Shown here: piece after piece, positions 34,696 to 45,219 of the stretch
How positions within the stretch are numbered: position 1 is the first letter of the stretch
Layout of the letters: each line of letters opens with the position of its first letter
Source of the DNA: Nitrospirota bacterium
GTDB lineage: Bacteria; Nitrospirota; UBA9217
Assembly (NCBI GenBank): GCA_963790205.1
Contig: CAWBNQ010000001.1
Coordinates: 576,001 to 640,000, forward strand
Direction of reading: 5' to 3'
DNA length: 64,000 nt
Position numbers and translations under genes: made by a program
Notes under the pieces: generated by a model
Told to the model about the DNA's origin: nothing
The model's input: the letters and a program-made list of their open reading frames with translations, nothing else
Databases searched by the model: none

Positions 34696-35448
34696 ATGGC
34701 TGAATCCCGAAGGGACATCCCCACTGGAATGCCGGAACGCCGCAGCCGCTTTCTGCTCGTCGTCGACAGCGATGTCAATGACCTCTTCTACCTCTCGATG
34801 CTCCTCCAGCGCTTCGAATACAATATCAGCACGGCCACAACTGCCGCAGAGGCGCTCAAGATGGCAAGGATTGCCACGCCGTCGCTCGTCATCACCTCAT
34901 TGGTCCTTTCGGACATGCCCGGTCTCGAGCTTATCCGGATGATGAGGCAGGACCCCCGTACGGCCGCCGTGCCCGTTCTGATCAAGACAACGGACCGCAC
35001 ACCGGAAACGGAACGGCTGTGCCGCCAGGCCGGCGTTGCGGCCTGTCTGTACGAGCCGGTCAATGCCGAGGAACTGTACCGGACGGTCCAGGCGGAGATC
35101 GAGCCCACACCGCGCCAAAACATCCGCATTCATACCTTCTTGTCCGTGATCGTAGATGGCAAACCGCTTGACTGCGTGGAAGGCGAATGCGCTTCCGTGC
35201 TGTCGGAGCACGGCATGTACGTACGGACTTTGCGGCCCTACTCGTCGAACACGCGTCTCTCTGTGCAGATCGTCATCAAGGGCCGGGCCATCCCGGTGGA
35301 GGCCGTGGTCCTCTACAGCCATAAGTTCGGCGAAGGTCCCTTCAAAGAGCCCGGCATGGGGCTCAAGTTCGTCCGGGTCGCTCCGCAGGACCGGGAGCTT
35401 ATCCGGGAGTTCATCAGAGAAGAGCTCATGAAAGGGGTTCCCCGGTAA
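34696..35448 (+). CDS. Pseudo-receiver plus PilZ domain protein
   Basis: REC fold with LVITS in place of the phospho-Asp; PRQNIR (RxxxR), LSEHG, GMGLKF. Confidence 0.8.
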   Translation: MAESRRDIPTGMPERRSRFLLVVDSDVNDLFYLSMLLQRFEYNISTATTAAEALKMARIATPSLVITSLVLSDMPGLELIRMMRQDPRTAAVPVLIKTTDRTPETERLCRQAGVAACLYEPVNAEELYRTVQAEIEPTPRQNIRIHTFLSVIVDGKPLDCVEGECASVLSEHGMYVRTLRPYSSNTRLSVQIVIKGRAIPVEAVVLYSHKFGEGPFKEPGMGLKFVRVAPQDRELIREFIREELMKGVPR

Positions 35449-35706
35449 TTCGATCGAGTGGAATTTTCCGGTCTTCTCCGCCCAATCCGCATTCGTCACG
35501 CCCTCCGATGTGCGCTTTCACCCTGTTAGGGATCATCCTTTAAATTATCTCTATTGCACTCGAACGGGAAGAAGGATGACCATAGAGCGCGTGTCGTTTG
35601 GCAGTTTTGTTTCGATCACTGACGAGATGAATACTTTAGTTCGCTTTACGTTTTGGCATGGCAGTGTTACATTTAAAAAATAAAGAAAATCTTTCTGAAA
35701 GGAGGC

Positions 35707-36146
35707 ATGCCAGTACGTACTGCTGTAGCCGTATGGGAAGGAAACCTGAAAAAAGGCAGAGGTACCGTGAAACTCGGCAGCGGCGCCTTTGAAGGCAACT
35801 ACTCATTCGCCTCCCGTTTCGAGCAGGGACCGGGAACGAACCCTGAAGAGCTGATCGCGGCCGCTCACGCCGGCTGCTTCTCCATGGCTCTGTCCCTGAT
35901 GCTGGAGAAAGCGGGATATACTGCCGACACTATTCATACCGTCGCGAAAGTCTATATCGACAAGGCCGGCGAGGGGTTTAAAATCACGACGATCGAACTC
36001 GAGACCGAGGGAAACGTGCCGGGCATCGATGAGGCAACGTTCCTGAAACATGCCGAGGCCGCCAAAAAAACTGTCCCGTGTCCATGGCCCTGACCGGCGC
36101 AGAGATCAAGCTGCAGGCAAGGCTCGCAAGGCAGATGGCGGCGTAA
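35707..36146 (+). CDS. osmC: OsmC family peroxiredoxin, one base missing in the A-run at about 36064-36070
   Basis: GTNPEELIAAAHAGCFSMAL; adding one A restores AKKNCPVSMAL. Confidence 0.9.
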
Positions 36147-36374
36147 AGGATTGACGGGAACCCGGCCACCAAAAGAAACAACGATCTGTCCCGTTAGAGA
36201 GGCGTACCAATCTCTAACGGGATACCGCATAACAGGGACGGTCTTTCACGTCATAAGTATCCGCGCTTGCCTTCTATAATCATTATATTGTATCTTCTCG
36301 CTGTGAACCACCAGGGACACGCCAACGTTGACCCAAAAGTGAAGCTTTACCGCTCCGCGAGAGATCGGTGCCGC

Positions 36375-37256
36375 ATGAACAGCATCACCGCGTCCATTAC
36401 AGCAGTATTCATGATCGTTTCGCTTACCGCTTCCCCGGTCATGGCCGACAGCGTTACGCCGCCCGCTGCAGGAGCGGAAGGAGAGTTTTACGCCTCCGTC
36501 GTAGCGCCTGCCATTGCCGCGGTGAAGAAGGCCCTGCCGCCGGCGCCCCCGGGCTGGCTCGTGGCCGGGGAGGTGAAGATCGACGCAGCGCCGCCCGAAA
36601 AAGCGGTAGACGGGATGCGGTCCCTCCGGTTTTCCTGTTTCATTTCCTATAAGCGCGTCGAGGGTCTCCCGGAGGAAAGAAAGCGTCTCGACGCCGCCTA
36701 TCGGGAGAGCTCCAACAGGCACGAGGAAGCTGCCAGGCCACTGATCGAAGAGCTCCTGAAGAAGCAGACCGAGACCTCCTTGGAGCTGAGGAAAGCCACG
36801 AGACGCAGGAACCGGCTGGAAATGCAGCGGTTGAACGATGAACTGGACGAGAACGGCAAGACCATGCAGGCCCTTCATGAAGAGACGGACCGGAAGATTG
36901 CCCACGACATGGAAAAGTATCTTATCAAGGACTCCGAGGCCTCGATCCGCGTGTCCCTGAACGACAACGAGGCGGAGCTCCTGCACGGCGAGCCGGTTTC
37001 TGTCCGGGGCGCCGCGTTCGCCCTTCGCAGGGAAGGCGAGCGGACCGGGGCAACGGCTTGGAAAGAAGGACGGACCCTGATCCTCTATGGGGACTGGCAG
37101 CAGGAGCGGGAGAATACGTTCCGCGCGATGGGGGAGCAGCAGCCCTTTGCGCCCAAAGCAAAGACCGTGAAGATCCTGATAACGGGTGAAAAAAAGCGCG
37201 TTGAGCAGCTGTTAAAGAAGATGGAGATGAAGGCGATTCTCTCGCTTATGAAATGA
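36375..37256 (+). CDS. Hypothetical secreted protein with coiled coil
   Basis: Signal-peptide-like N-terminus; long ORF with host-like codon usage. Confidence 0.65.
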   Translation: MNSITASITAVFMIVSLTASPVMADSVTPPAAGAEGEFYASVVAPAIAAVKKALPPAPPGWLVAGEVKIDAAPPEKAVDGMRSLRFSCFISYKRVEGLPEERKRLDAAYRESSNRHEEAARPLIEELLKKQTETSLELRKATRRRNRLEMQRLNDELDENGKTMQALHEETDRKIAHDMEKYLIKDSEASIRVSLNDNEAELLHGEPVSVRGAAFALRREGERTGATAWKEGRTLILYGDWQQERENTFRAMGEQQPFAPKAKTVKILITGEKKRVEQLLKKMEMKAILSLMK

Positions 37257-37422
37257 GCAGGTCTCTCCGAACGTTGAATATCGACATGCGGATCTTCCCG
37301 AGCGGCGCGTGGAACTCCTTAACCCCTGAGCTCTCGAAATGCCTCAACCCGAAAATTCGGACTGTTAATCCACTTGACCCCGCACCCGCGTACCTGTATT
37401 ATTGATAAATCCTGACATTCCC

Positions 37423-38457
37423 ATGACGATGGACAAATCCATATTCGGCCTTCGCTTCAAATCGAACAACGAGCTCCTGCCCTCAGCGGAGGACCTCAAC
37501 GCCTTCCTCGCGAGCCCGAAAAAGGCAGGCGCGCCCGAGCTGCTGCACAATGACGACCTGGCTCACTATAACGAGCTGATCAGCAGCATCCTGGCTTTCG
37601 ACCTCAATGAGTACCCGGACACGGCGCAGGAGGCCTTCCAAAAAAAGATGTTCCTGGGCGCGCTTGCCCACTCCAACTTCGTCAAACCCGCGCTCAAGTC
37701 GGCCGTGGAGCAGTACAAATATCATTTGCACACCCTGGCCTCGCTGGATCCGAAGAAGCCGCTCGCGTTCATCAAGTCCGCTGAGGAAGAGATGGCCAGG
37801 CTCAATCCCAAAAAAAAGGACGAAGCGGCCCGGCTGGCCAGAATGCAGATACTGGTGGACGAGCGGAAAAAGACCATGGAGGAGCTCGCCAGGCACTGCA
37901 CATCGCTGGTCGAAGAGCTGGGGCACCTTGCGTTCTACATCAGGGAGAACCTGGGCAAGATCGGGAAGCTCTGCGAAGCGTCGATCGGCATCCTCGTGAG
38001 CGAGCAGATCGCGAGAAAGAAAGAGACCGGGCTGATCGAGGACATCAAAATGCATTTCAAGGAGCGTCTCCGGGAATCCCTCCACCAGGGCACGATCACG
38101 AAGGAGCAGCTCGAGGCGGCGAAAGAAGAGGTCGCCGACCTCTCGAAACGGACCGCGGACCTCCTGCGGGCGGATGTCTATACCCTGACCGGGTTGTACG
38201 AAGGCGTCCACGACCACGCAAAGAAGATCACCAATGAGCTCGACGCGCTGACGGCGCGGATTGCGCCCAAGCGCATGAGCCTCGATGAGGACAAGGAGCT
38301 CTTCGCCAGGATCGAGCAGGTCCTGGTCTCGCTCATCACGGCATACCGGTTCGAGCTGAAAGCCGAGGGAATCGGCAACGAAACGGAGCACGATAAGATC
38401 CTCTTCGAAAAAAGAAAAAAGATGCTCGACCACCTTTTCAACCTGCTGCGGAAGTGA
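37423..38457 (+). CDS. Hypothetical alpha-helical/coiled-coil protein
   Basis: Long ORF with host-like codon usage; no motif recognised. Confidence 0.7.
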   Translation: MTMDKSIFGLRFKSNNELLPSAEDLNAFLASPKKAGAPELLHNDDLAHYNELISSILAFDLNEYPDTAQEAFQKKMFLGALAHSNFVKPALKSAVEQYKYHLHTLASLDPKKPLAFIKSAEEEMARLNPKKKDEAARLARMQILVDERKKTMEELARHCTSLVEELGHLAFYIRENLGKIGKLCEASIGILVSEQIARKKETGLIEDIKMHFKERLRESLHQGTITKEQLEAAKEEVADLSKRTADLLRADVYTLTGLYEGVHDHAKKITNELDALTARIAPKRMSLDEDKELFARIEQVLVSLITAYRFELKAEGIGNETEHDKILFEKRKKMLDHLFNLLRK

Positions 38458-38524
38458 TCTTGGACCGGCCCCTTGCCTGACAAGAACAGGTGGCCATGAA
38501 TTTTCACGAGTTCTAAAGGGGGGC

Positions 38525-38637
38525 GGGGGATGTCGGCAAAGCTCTCGCCGGCCTCGCACAGCGGCCGAGGAAACCATGAGTTTATCCGGCAATTTATTTG
38601 CGAGGAGGCCTCCCGGGGCGTCGTGCCGGAGACGGAA
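38525..38637 (+). pseudogene. Decayed C-terminal remnant of a REC-PilZ paralog
   Basis: GM...HEFIRQFICEEASRGV versus GMG...RELIREFIREELMKGV in 34696-35448. Confidence 0.5.
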
Positions 38638-38751
38638 TGGGAGGTTTCGACGCCCCCTTCGAGTTCGTGGTGCAAGACAGGCATGGAGAAAGGACGACGG
38701 GGAGCGGGTAACTTCGTGCTCTGCGCGTGCCTCGCGTAAAAAAAAATAATT

Positions 38752-39102
38752 ATGACCTTTGAACACCATAAAAAACCGCTTCTGAGCCGAAAAGAGTTTC
38801 TGCGCAGGCAGTTCCGCTATACCGGGTTTTCACTCATCATCCTCGCCGTTTCTCTCGGCATAGGGACCGCGGGGTACCATGCATACGGACAGCTCGCCTG
38901 GATCGACTCTTTTTTGAATGCGTCCATGATCCTTACGGGCATGGGGCCCGTAGACCACCTGGAGTCGACGGGAGGCAAGCTCTTTGCTTCGTTCTACGCC
39001 CTTTTTTCAGGCATCTCGTTCCTCACGTTCGTGGGCGTGCTCTTCGCGCCGGTGTATCATCGTTTCTTGCACAAACTGCATTTAGATATCGAAAGGCGAT
39101 AG
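38752..39102 (+). CDS. Small two-TM membrane protein, ion-channel pore-like
   Basis: TM helix, WIDSFLNASMILTGMGP, TM helix. Confidence 0.7.
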   Translation: MTFEHHKKPLLSRKEFLRRQFRYTGFSLIILAVSLGIGTAGYHAYGQLAWIDSFLNASMILTGMGPVDHLESTGGKLFASFYALFSGISFLTFVGVLFAPVYHRFLHKLHLDIERR

Positions 39103-39329
39103 CGGAGCAGCGGAACCACACGCGTTGAACATATACCATGACCTTGATGTAAATCGGAATGCTCTGTTCATAAAGTCCATCCACTTTTTCCGATTATGTG
39201 GGAGAACGAAGTGTGATCGATGCATGAAGACCAACCGGCCGTCAGGTGATTTCTTGCTTTACTGAGCCCCTCCGCGCCTTTATGAAAGACAGGAAGATCC
39301 GATTCTGACCGGGTTTCAGGGGAGATACC

Positions 39330-40139
39330 ATGTGTGACTTTTGTACGAAACACGGCGACGGGAAGATCTGGTATAAGAACGCGCGAAATTACGCCAACGA
39401 TCTCCTGTCCGACCTGGAGCGCCGCCGCTATATCGAAAGCTTTTTAACAACCGCATTTAAGGACGGGTTCCAGACCCTGGGAAGGCTCGAAGCCATCTAT
39501 AGAAAAAAAGGAAAGCTTCCGGAGGCCGTAACAACAGCCATGGTCACGAAGGCAAAACAGGAGCATTTCGGCCAGGTGTTGCCCATCGAAGAGATCAGCG
39601 ATGTGGTAAGGCAGGCAAAGACCGTGGTGCGCATGCCCTGCGCCTGTCGCTGGAACATCGGGAAAAAAGAAGAGCGTTGCTGTTATGCGGTGAGTTACGG
39701 CCCCGAGGCCTGGTATAAAGACATCGACATGGGTTACTTCGGCAAGGCGTCCGATGAAGGCCTCGAGTCGCTCTCCCCGGACACGGCCATAGAGCAGATG
39801 CAGGAGATGGAAGGGGAAGGGGCGGTCCATACTATCTGGACCATGATGACCCCCTTTATCGGCGCGATCTGCAACTGCTCTCCCGAGGAATGCCTTGCCA
39901 TGAGGACCCTGTCCCGCACCAAGGTCGAGACCATGGCGCGCGCGGAATTTGCGGCCACGGTCGATGAAGCGTTATGCACCGGGTGCGGGCTCTGCACTGC
40001 GCAGTGTCATTTTCATGCGATCGAAAGCGTTGCCCGGAGCGGCGCGTCACGTGCCTCCATTGATCCGCAAAAGTGCTTCGGCTGCGGACTGTGCCGCAAG
40101 GCATGCGGTACCGGCGCAATCTCGCTGGCGCTGCGGTGA
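39330..40139 (+). CDS. 4Fe-4S dicluster domain protein
   Basis: MCDFCTKHG, CACR, ICNC, CTGCGLCTAQC, CFGCGLCRKAC. Confidence 0.85.
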   Translation: MCDFCTKHGDGKIWYKNARNYANDLLSDLERRRYIESFLTTAFKDGFQTLGRLEAIYRKKGKLPEAVTTAMVTKAKQEHFGQVLPIEEISDVVRQAKTVVRMPCACRWNIGKKEERCCYAVSYGPEAWYKDIDMGYFGKASDEGLESLSPDTAIEQMQEMEGEGAVHTIWTMMTPFIGAICNCSPEECLAMRTLSRTKVETMARAEFAATVDEALCTGCGLCTAQCHFHAIESVARSGASRASIDPQKCFGCGLCRKACGTGAISLALR

Positions 40140-40243
40140 TACAAGATCGCGCACAAGGGAATCGGATCAAGATGCACGGTGATGACCCCTGCCCGGCATG
40201 CGCGGAGAATGCAGGTAAGAATTGTTCAAACTCAAAGCCCGGT

Positions 40244-40376
40244 GAAAGACACCCGCCGGAGAGTGCGCAACCGTCATGAAGACACCCTCGTACTTGGGAT
40301 AGGTCTTGACCTTGAATAAGGGTGAGGTCTTCATCTGGCTTACGGGTGACGGCACACTGATCTAAGCGGAACATCC
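40244..40376 (-). ncRNA. Candidate rod-like small RNA
   Basis: Nested stems whose G-U pairs work only on the minus strand; TATAAT at 40388-40383; ends in a short U tract. Confidence 0.45.
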
Positions 40377-40521
40377 CGAGGCATTATATAACTTGCTGAT
40401 TTCATTCCTTATTGTCGGTCCATAATTTATGCTATACTATTTTCATACTACCATTGTCATACGCGGGGCATCTCTCAGATCCAGGTTGTTTTGATCAAAT
40501 CCAGTGAACGGGAGGATTACG

Positions 40522-40845
40522 ATGATGACGAAAGCCTTTGCACAGATTGGATTACTTTGTCTGGTGTTGTCCGCGGGCGCAGCAGTTGCCGCTGGTCCGG
40601 GCGGCGGTGACATGACCTTCAAGCCTCAGAACGCAAAACCGGTGGTCTTCAGCCATGATGAGCATGTAAACATAAAGGAATTAAAGTGCAGCGCCTGTCA
40701 CAACCATACATTCCAGATGGCCAAGGATGAGGATAAGATGGACATGAGCAAAATGACCAAGGGCCTTTTCTGCGGGCATTGCCACAATGGGGAGAAGGCC
40801 TTTGACGTCAAAAACAAGGCGAATTGCGGACGATGCCATAAGTAG
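40522..40845 (+). CDS. Triheme c7-type cytochrome c
   Basis: Signal peptide, VVFSHDEH, three CxxCH (CSACH, CGHCH, CGRCH). Confidence 0.9.
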   Translation: MMTKAFAQIGLLCLVLSAGAAVAAGPGGGDMTFKPQNAKPVVFSHDEHVNIKELKCSACHNHTFQMAKDEDKMDMSKMTKGLFCGHCHNGEKAFDVKNKANCGRCHK

Positions 40846-40993
40846 GAGCCGATCCGGGATCACCGGGCGCGAAGAAACGAAGATTTACGGACAGGGACTT
40901 TCACAGGCAGGCGCTTCTGCGTGACGCTGATTTTTTACAAATGTATCCGTGTAAAACACCGGCAGTGTTTAATGAGGGGAAATCTTGATGCGC

Positions 40994-41020
40994 AAGGGCA
41001 ACCCCCTGTGGGTTGCCCTT
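40994..41020 (+). terminator. Terminator-like hairpin
   Basis: AAGGGCAACCC...GGGTTGCCCTT. Confidence 0.55.
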
Positions 41021-41502
41021 ATTGTGGGTGGCCGCACGGGGACGCTCCTCCAAATAAAGAAGATCATATATTCCCTACGCGTTTTCGTCTTCGTCATTAA
41101 AATTCTTACGTTTTATACCTGATTTTGTGTACCACATGCGCTCTTCAACAGACTGCATATTGTTTGACATTGTCCTGTTTATTTATGTAGTCTTTCCCTT
41201 GAGCCGTTCCCTGGACATTGTAGTCGTGGTAGTCGTGATTTTTTTTGGCTGTACCGAAAGAGATTGCGGTCCGCCAATTGAAACCGACCTGCAACCCGAG
41301 CCTGGATATTGCAAAAGCGGACGGCGAGACGGTTCACCCCGCTAAAGATGGCTAAAAAGATTCAGCTCATTCCCCATCTGCCGCTTCCTGGGTCGCCCAA
41401 ATCATGGAAGTATGATGCTGGAAAATGATTGCTAACAGGATAAAGAGACGCGGGAACTTTGTCTCTGCGGCTCGACATTATTGTTCACTGAGGAGGCTGC
41501 AC

Positions 41503-42075
41503 ATGAACACGATACGCCCCGACATAAAACGTTGGGCATTCGCCGGACTGATTGTGAGCGCGGCACTACTCGCCGGCTGCAGCGCATTGGTCATGCCGAA
41601 AAATGTTCCGCAGATAAAGGAAATCGAAGAGGTGTCGATGTCCGGGGTTTCCGTAATCGTCACGAACGCCGAAAAGGACGCGGTGGAGCGTGACATCCGG
41701 ACCGATACGGGAGAAGAGTCGGGCCTCCGGGTGAACCGGCAGGCCTGGTCAGGGAAACTCGTCGAAGCCCTGGCCTTTGAGCTTGCCAAGCGGGGCGCCC
41801 GGGTGCGTAGTACCGCCCCCCTCATGCTGAGCGTCGCGCTGCCCGAGATAGCCTTTGTGCAGACCAGAGAGCTCTACCAGATCAACGTGAAGGTCGCGGT
41901 TTCGTCATCCGCGGCGTGGTCGAAAGATTATGAAGGCACCGCGGAATTGAGCGTGTACAGTGTCTGGACAATCACAGAAGCGGCCAATCAATTGGCCGGC
42001 ACGGCACTGGCAGAGGCCGTCAAGTCCATGCTGGCAGACCCCGAGTTCCTGGCACAACTGCGGGGTCAAAAATAA
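41503..42075 (+). CDS. Hypothetical lipoprotein
   Basis: LLAGC lipobox; GAGGAGG RBS. Confidence 0.7.
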   Translation: MNTIRPDIKRWAFAGLIVSAALLAGCSALVMPKNVPQIKEIEEVSMSGVSVIVTNAEKDAVERDIRTDTGEESGLRVNRQAWSGKLVEALAFELAKRGARVRSTAPLMLSVALPEIAFVQTRELYQINVKVAVSSSAAWSKDYEGTAELSVYSVWTITEAANQLAGTALAEAVKSMLADPEFLAQLRGQK

Positions 42076-42494
42076 GATACGTGCTTCCAGGAAGATGAAA
42101 TTTACGGTTCAACGAGAAACGGTAAGGCAGGTTTTTCCCAGCCGGAACTTCCCTAAAGGAAGGACGGCACCAAAACGATGGTGATCAATCTGATGTTTGC
42201 TGTTGCTTATAGTGTCGTGCTGCCACGAGCGGTAATATCAGGGAAACATCATCGCCCATGCCGTTCCGCTCGTTTCCTGACCCCGACTCATGACCTGCCG
42301 CATACGCACTGAACAGCCCTGGGCGAGCTATCGCCCACCTGCCGCCTCTTTTTCCCGCACGATAGTAAAAAAGAATGATCCGGGGTCGCTCCACCGGCAG
42401 AACGTTCATGATTTTTACCGGTGCTATACTTAAAAGAGGAACGGAGATATTTTTTTGCAGTTCCGATCTGTTTCCGAAAAAAGGGGTGAGGACA

Positions 42495-42887
42495 GTGATT
42501 CTCCTGTATATACTCTTTGCCTTGACCGTCTCCATGGTCCTGACCGCGCTCTCTGCACCCTGGGTCCCGGAGCAACGGCGGGGTGAGGCTTTCATCGTGT
42601 TTTTCATGGCGCTCCTCCTGGCGGCAGGGGCGTCGGCCGAGTGGCAGGTACCGGCAATTGCCGCAGGCAGCAGGGGTGATGCGTGGACGCCTGCGCTGCT
42701 CCTGGTCGTCTTTTCCGCGATCCTTGTTGTTTCCGCGTTCCTTTCGGTCCGCCCGCCCGATTCCTTTGCCCGGGCAGGCGGGTCGCATAACCATCGGCAG
42801 GACGCGGAGGCTGTGGCGTTCGATATAGTGCTCTGGCTCCTGATGCTCATCTTCGGCATCCTGATCATGAGGAGCTTGAAGCTGTAG
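42495..42887 (+). CDS. Hypothetical four-TM membrane protein
   Basis: Four hydrophobic segments; GTG start after GAGG. Confidence 0.6.
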   Translation: MILLYILFALTVSMVLTALSAPWVPEQRRGEAFIVFFMALLLAAGASAEWQVPAIAAGSRGDAWTPALLLVVFSAILVVSAFLSVRPPDSFARAGGSHNHRQDAEAVAFDIVLWLLMLIFGILIMRSLKL

Positions 42888-43415
42888 CGGCAAGGCTGCG
42901 GATTTGTTTTGACGAGAAGCTTTATTCATGCAGCGACGAATACTGATCGTAAGTGTGCTTCTGAGCCTTCTGCCCCTTCAGCCTTTGGACGGGAAGGGGA
43001 TGCGCGGTCTCCGGGCGTTCAGGACCTCAACCGCTTGAAGGCCCAAGGCGTTGAACAGGGAGGGGGTGGAGTGGCTGCGTAAAACGCTCCCGGGTCGCGG
43101 GGTGGTTATTCTTTGACGCCGAACAGAGGGTCGAGTCTGAAAACACCGACCCCGGCAGGGTACTGGCGGGCAACCGCTTGGGAACCCCATTCGCGGCGAG
43201 CATAATCATTGTACGCGGGCCATGAGGGAATACTGTTCAAGAAAATTTATTGGAACTTCACGGGGCCGGTTTTTACTCGGCGACGTATCCTCTCAAAGGT
43301 TCTCTCCTTGCTTCTTTCTCTTTTCTTTTGTATAATCATCCAGATATCAGGCGCGCGAATCCCATGCCGAGCAGGAGCGGGGCCTGCTCTGTCTGATAAA
43401 GGAGAGAGGCAGGCA

Positions 43416-44195
43416 ATGACCGATGAGGCCATCAAGACAGCCGGCAGCCAGGCGCCGGGGCGAAAAAAAAGCTTCGCCCTGCTCGTGGACGGATACATCA
43501 AGGACCTGTTCACGACCGGCATGATCCTCCAGCGGCTCGACTACGACGTTTATATCGTGAACTCGGCCGAGGACGCGTTCAAGATCATTGATGCCGCCAT
43601 GCCGGCCCTCCTCATAACCGAGCTTTCTTTGCCGCAGATGTCAGGCCTTGAGCTGCTGGTCCGCATCAAATATGATCCCGTGACCAAAGCGCTTCCCGTT
43701 ATTATTCATACGACGGAAGAGAACACAAAGCGCCAGGAGCACTGCCGGGCATCGGGATGCGCCGCCTTTTTGAAAAAACCGGCGCAACCCGGCGCTCTCT
43801 TTAGCGCGGTCCAGCAGGCAACGGAGGCCACCCCGCGGCAGCACATACGGCTGAAGACGCTGCTCCCGGCCAGGGTGGGCGGGTCCAGCTCCTCCGGCAA
43901 TGCCTTCAGCACAGAATATGTTTCGGAGCTGTCGGAAAACGGCATTTTCGTGCGCACGCTCTGCCCCCGTCCGGTTGACGCCATTCTCCCGGTGACCATT
44001 ATGATCCGCTCCATCCCGGTAAAGATCAAAGCGGTTGTCCTGTACAGCGTCCCCATGAAGCCCGGGCTTTTCAAGGAGCCGGGAATGGGGATGAAGTTCG
44101 TCGAAATTTCGGCAACCGACCGGGAACTGCTCAGAAACGTTATTATGGGACAGATCGTAAAAGATATCCCGACTGGCCATCTGAAAATATCCTGA
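43416..44195 (+). CDS. Atypical receiver plus PilZ domain protein, paralog of 34696-35448
   Basis: LLITE at the phospho-Asp position; PRQHIR, LSENG, FKEPGMGMKF. Confidence 0.8.
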   Translation: MTDEAIKTAGSQAPGRKKSFALLVDGYIKDLFTTGMILQRLDYDVYIVNSAEDAFKIIDAAMPALLITELSLPQMSGLELLVRIKYDPVTKALPVIIHTTEENTKRQEHCRASGCAAFLKKPAQPGALFSAVQQATEATPRQHIRLKTLLPARVGGSSSSGNAFSTEYVSELSENGIFVRTLCPRPVDAILPVTIMIRSIPVKIKAVVLYSVPMKPGLFKEPGMGMKFVEISATDRELLRNVIMGQIVKDIPTGHLKIS

Positions 44196-44451
44196 GTTTT
44201 TCCTGATAACGATGTTGGTCGATTTTTCCTTCTTCCGCACGGCGGCGATCTCATCCGCCGTTATCAGTCATTAAAATCTAACCCATGGGCAAGGCCCCTG
44301 TACTCCGCGTCCCCGCTTTTTTAATTCCGCACTTCATCCTTTTTTAACGCGGTGGTATACTGTAATGGACAGCGCGGTTCGCGACCGGCTTCAAAGGAAG
44401 CGCTAATCCCCGCGGCAATAAAAGCCGGGCGGGAAAGGGAGACGAACAACG

Positions 44452-45219
44452 ATGCATGTCGTCGCAATACACAGCCTGAAAGACGACAAGCAGGCCATGG
44501 CCGGGGCGCTTGGCACCGTCCTCAAGGGAACGGCCTTCGAAGCACTTTCACGCCTGCGTGCTCCCGGAAGCGGACCTTTTGTCGTCGGTGTATTCGCGGA
44601 GCGGGAGCAGGCGGCGGCGCTTGCCGGACAACTCGAGGCCGGCGGCTTCAGCGCCGCGGTCTTGAGCGCGGACGAGCTCGAGACGGAAACGGCCCAATGG
44701 AGCATAAGAAGATTCGGCCTCAATGAGCACGACCTGCGCGTCGAATCCGTTGACGGCCAGAGCCGCACGCTCGCCTATCAGGACATCGGCCTCATCCTTC
44801 GCGGCACCGGGATTTCCAGCAGCACCTCGATCGAAACAACGAAGCAGCGCAAATTCGACCTGGGGACCGCGGTGCTTTCCAGCGGCTTGAAGATGACGAA
44901 GATGACGAAAACCACGCGCGAAGTGACGAGGGAGGAACGGGAGGGATTTTTCACCCTCTATGCTGCAAACACTCCGACGCTTCTGTTCCGCGAGAACAGC
45001 CTTGTCTACGACGCCCTTGGATCCGAGCGCGGATTGTCCCGATCGGCGAATTTCGTTAAGCTTACCGCGGAAATGCGCCGGCGCTGCCCGGCCGCACGAT
45101 ACGACGACCGGCTGCTGAACAGGGCGGGTTCGGCTGCCCTGCTCGGCCCCTCGCTCAGCCCCGAGGAGCATCTTGTCGTTGCCACGGCCCTGCTTGCAAA
45201 GGTGCTGCGCGGGTACTAA
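44452..45219 (+). CDS. Hypothetical protein
   Basis: 255-aa ORF with host-like codon usage and an RBS. Confidence 0.7.
   Translation: MHVVAIHSLKDDKQAMAGALGTVLKGTAFEALSRLRAPGSGPFVVGVFAEREQAAALAGQLEAGGFSAAVLSADELETETAQWSIRRFGLNEHDLRVESVDGQSRTLAYQDIGLILRGTGISSSTSIETTKQRKFDLGTAVLSSGLKMTKMTKTTREVTREEREGFFTLYAANTPTLLFRENSLVYDALGSERGLSRSANFVKLTAEMRRRCPAARYDDRLLNRAGSAALLGPSLSPEEHLVVATALLAKVLRGY

Noticed and set aside
40237..40382. Firm call as 6S RNA (ssrS)
   Set aside because: Short, lacks a clear symmetric central bubble and the usual gene context; kept as an unknown RNA candidate.
41290..41400. c-di-GMP riboswitch upstream of the lipoprotein gene
   Set aside because: No GEMM consensus could be identified.
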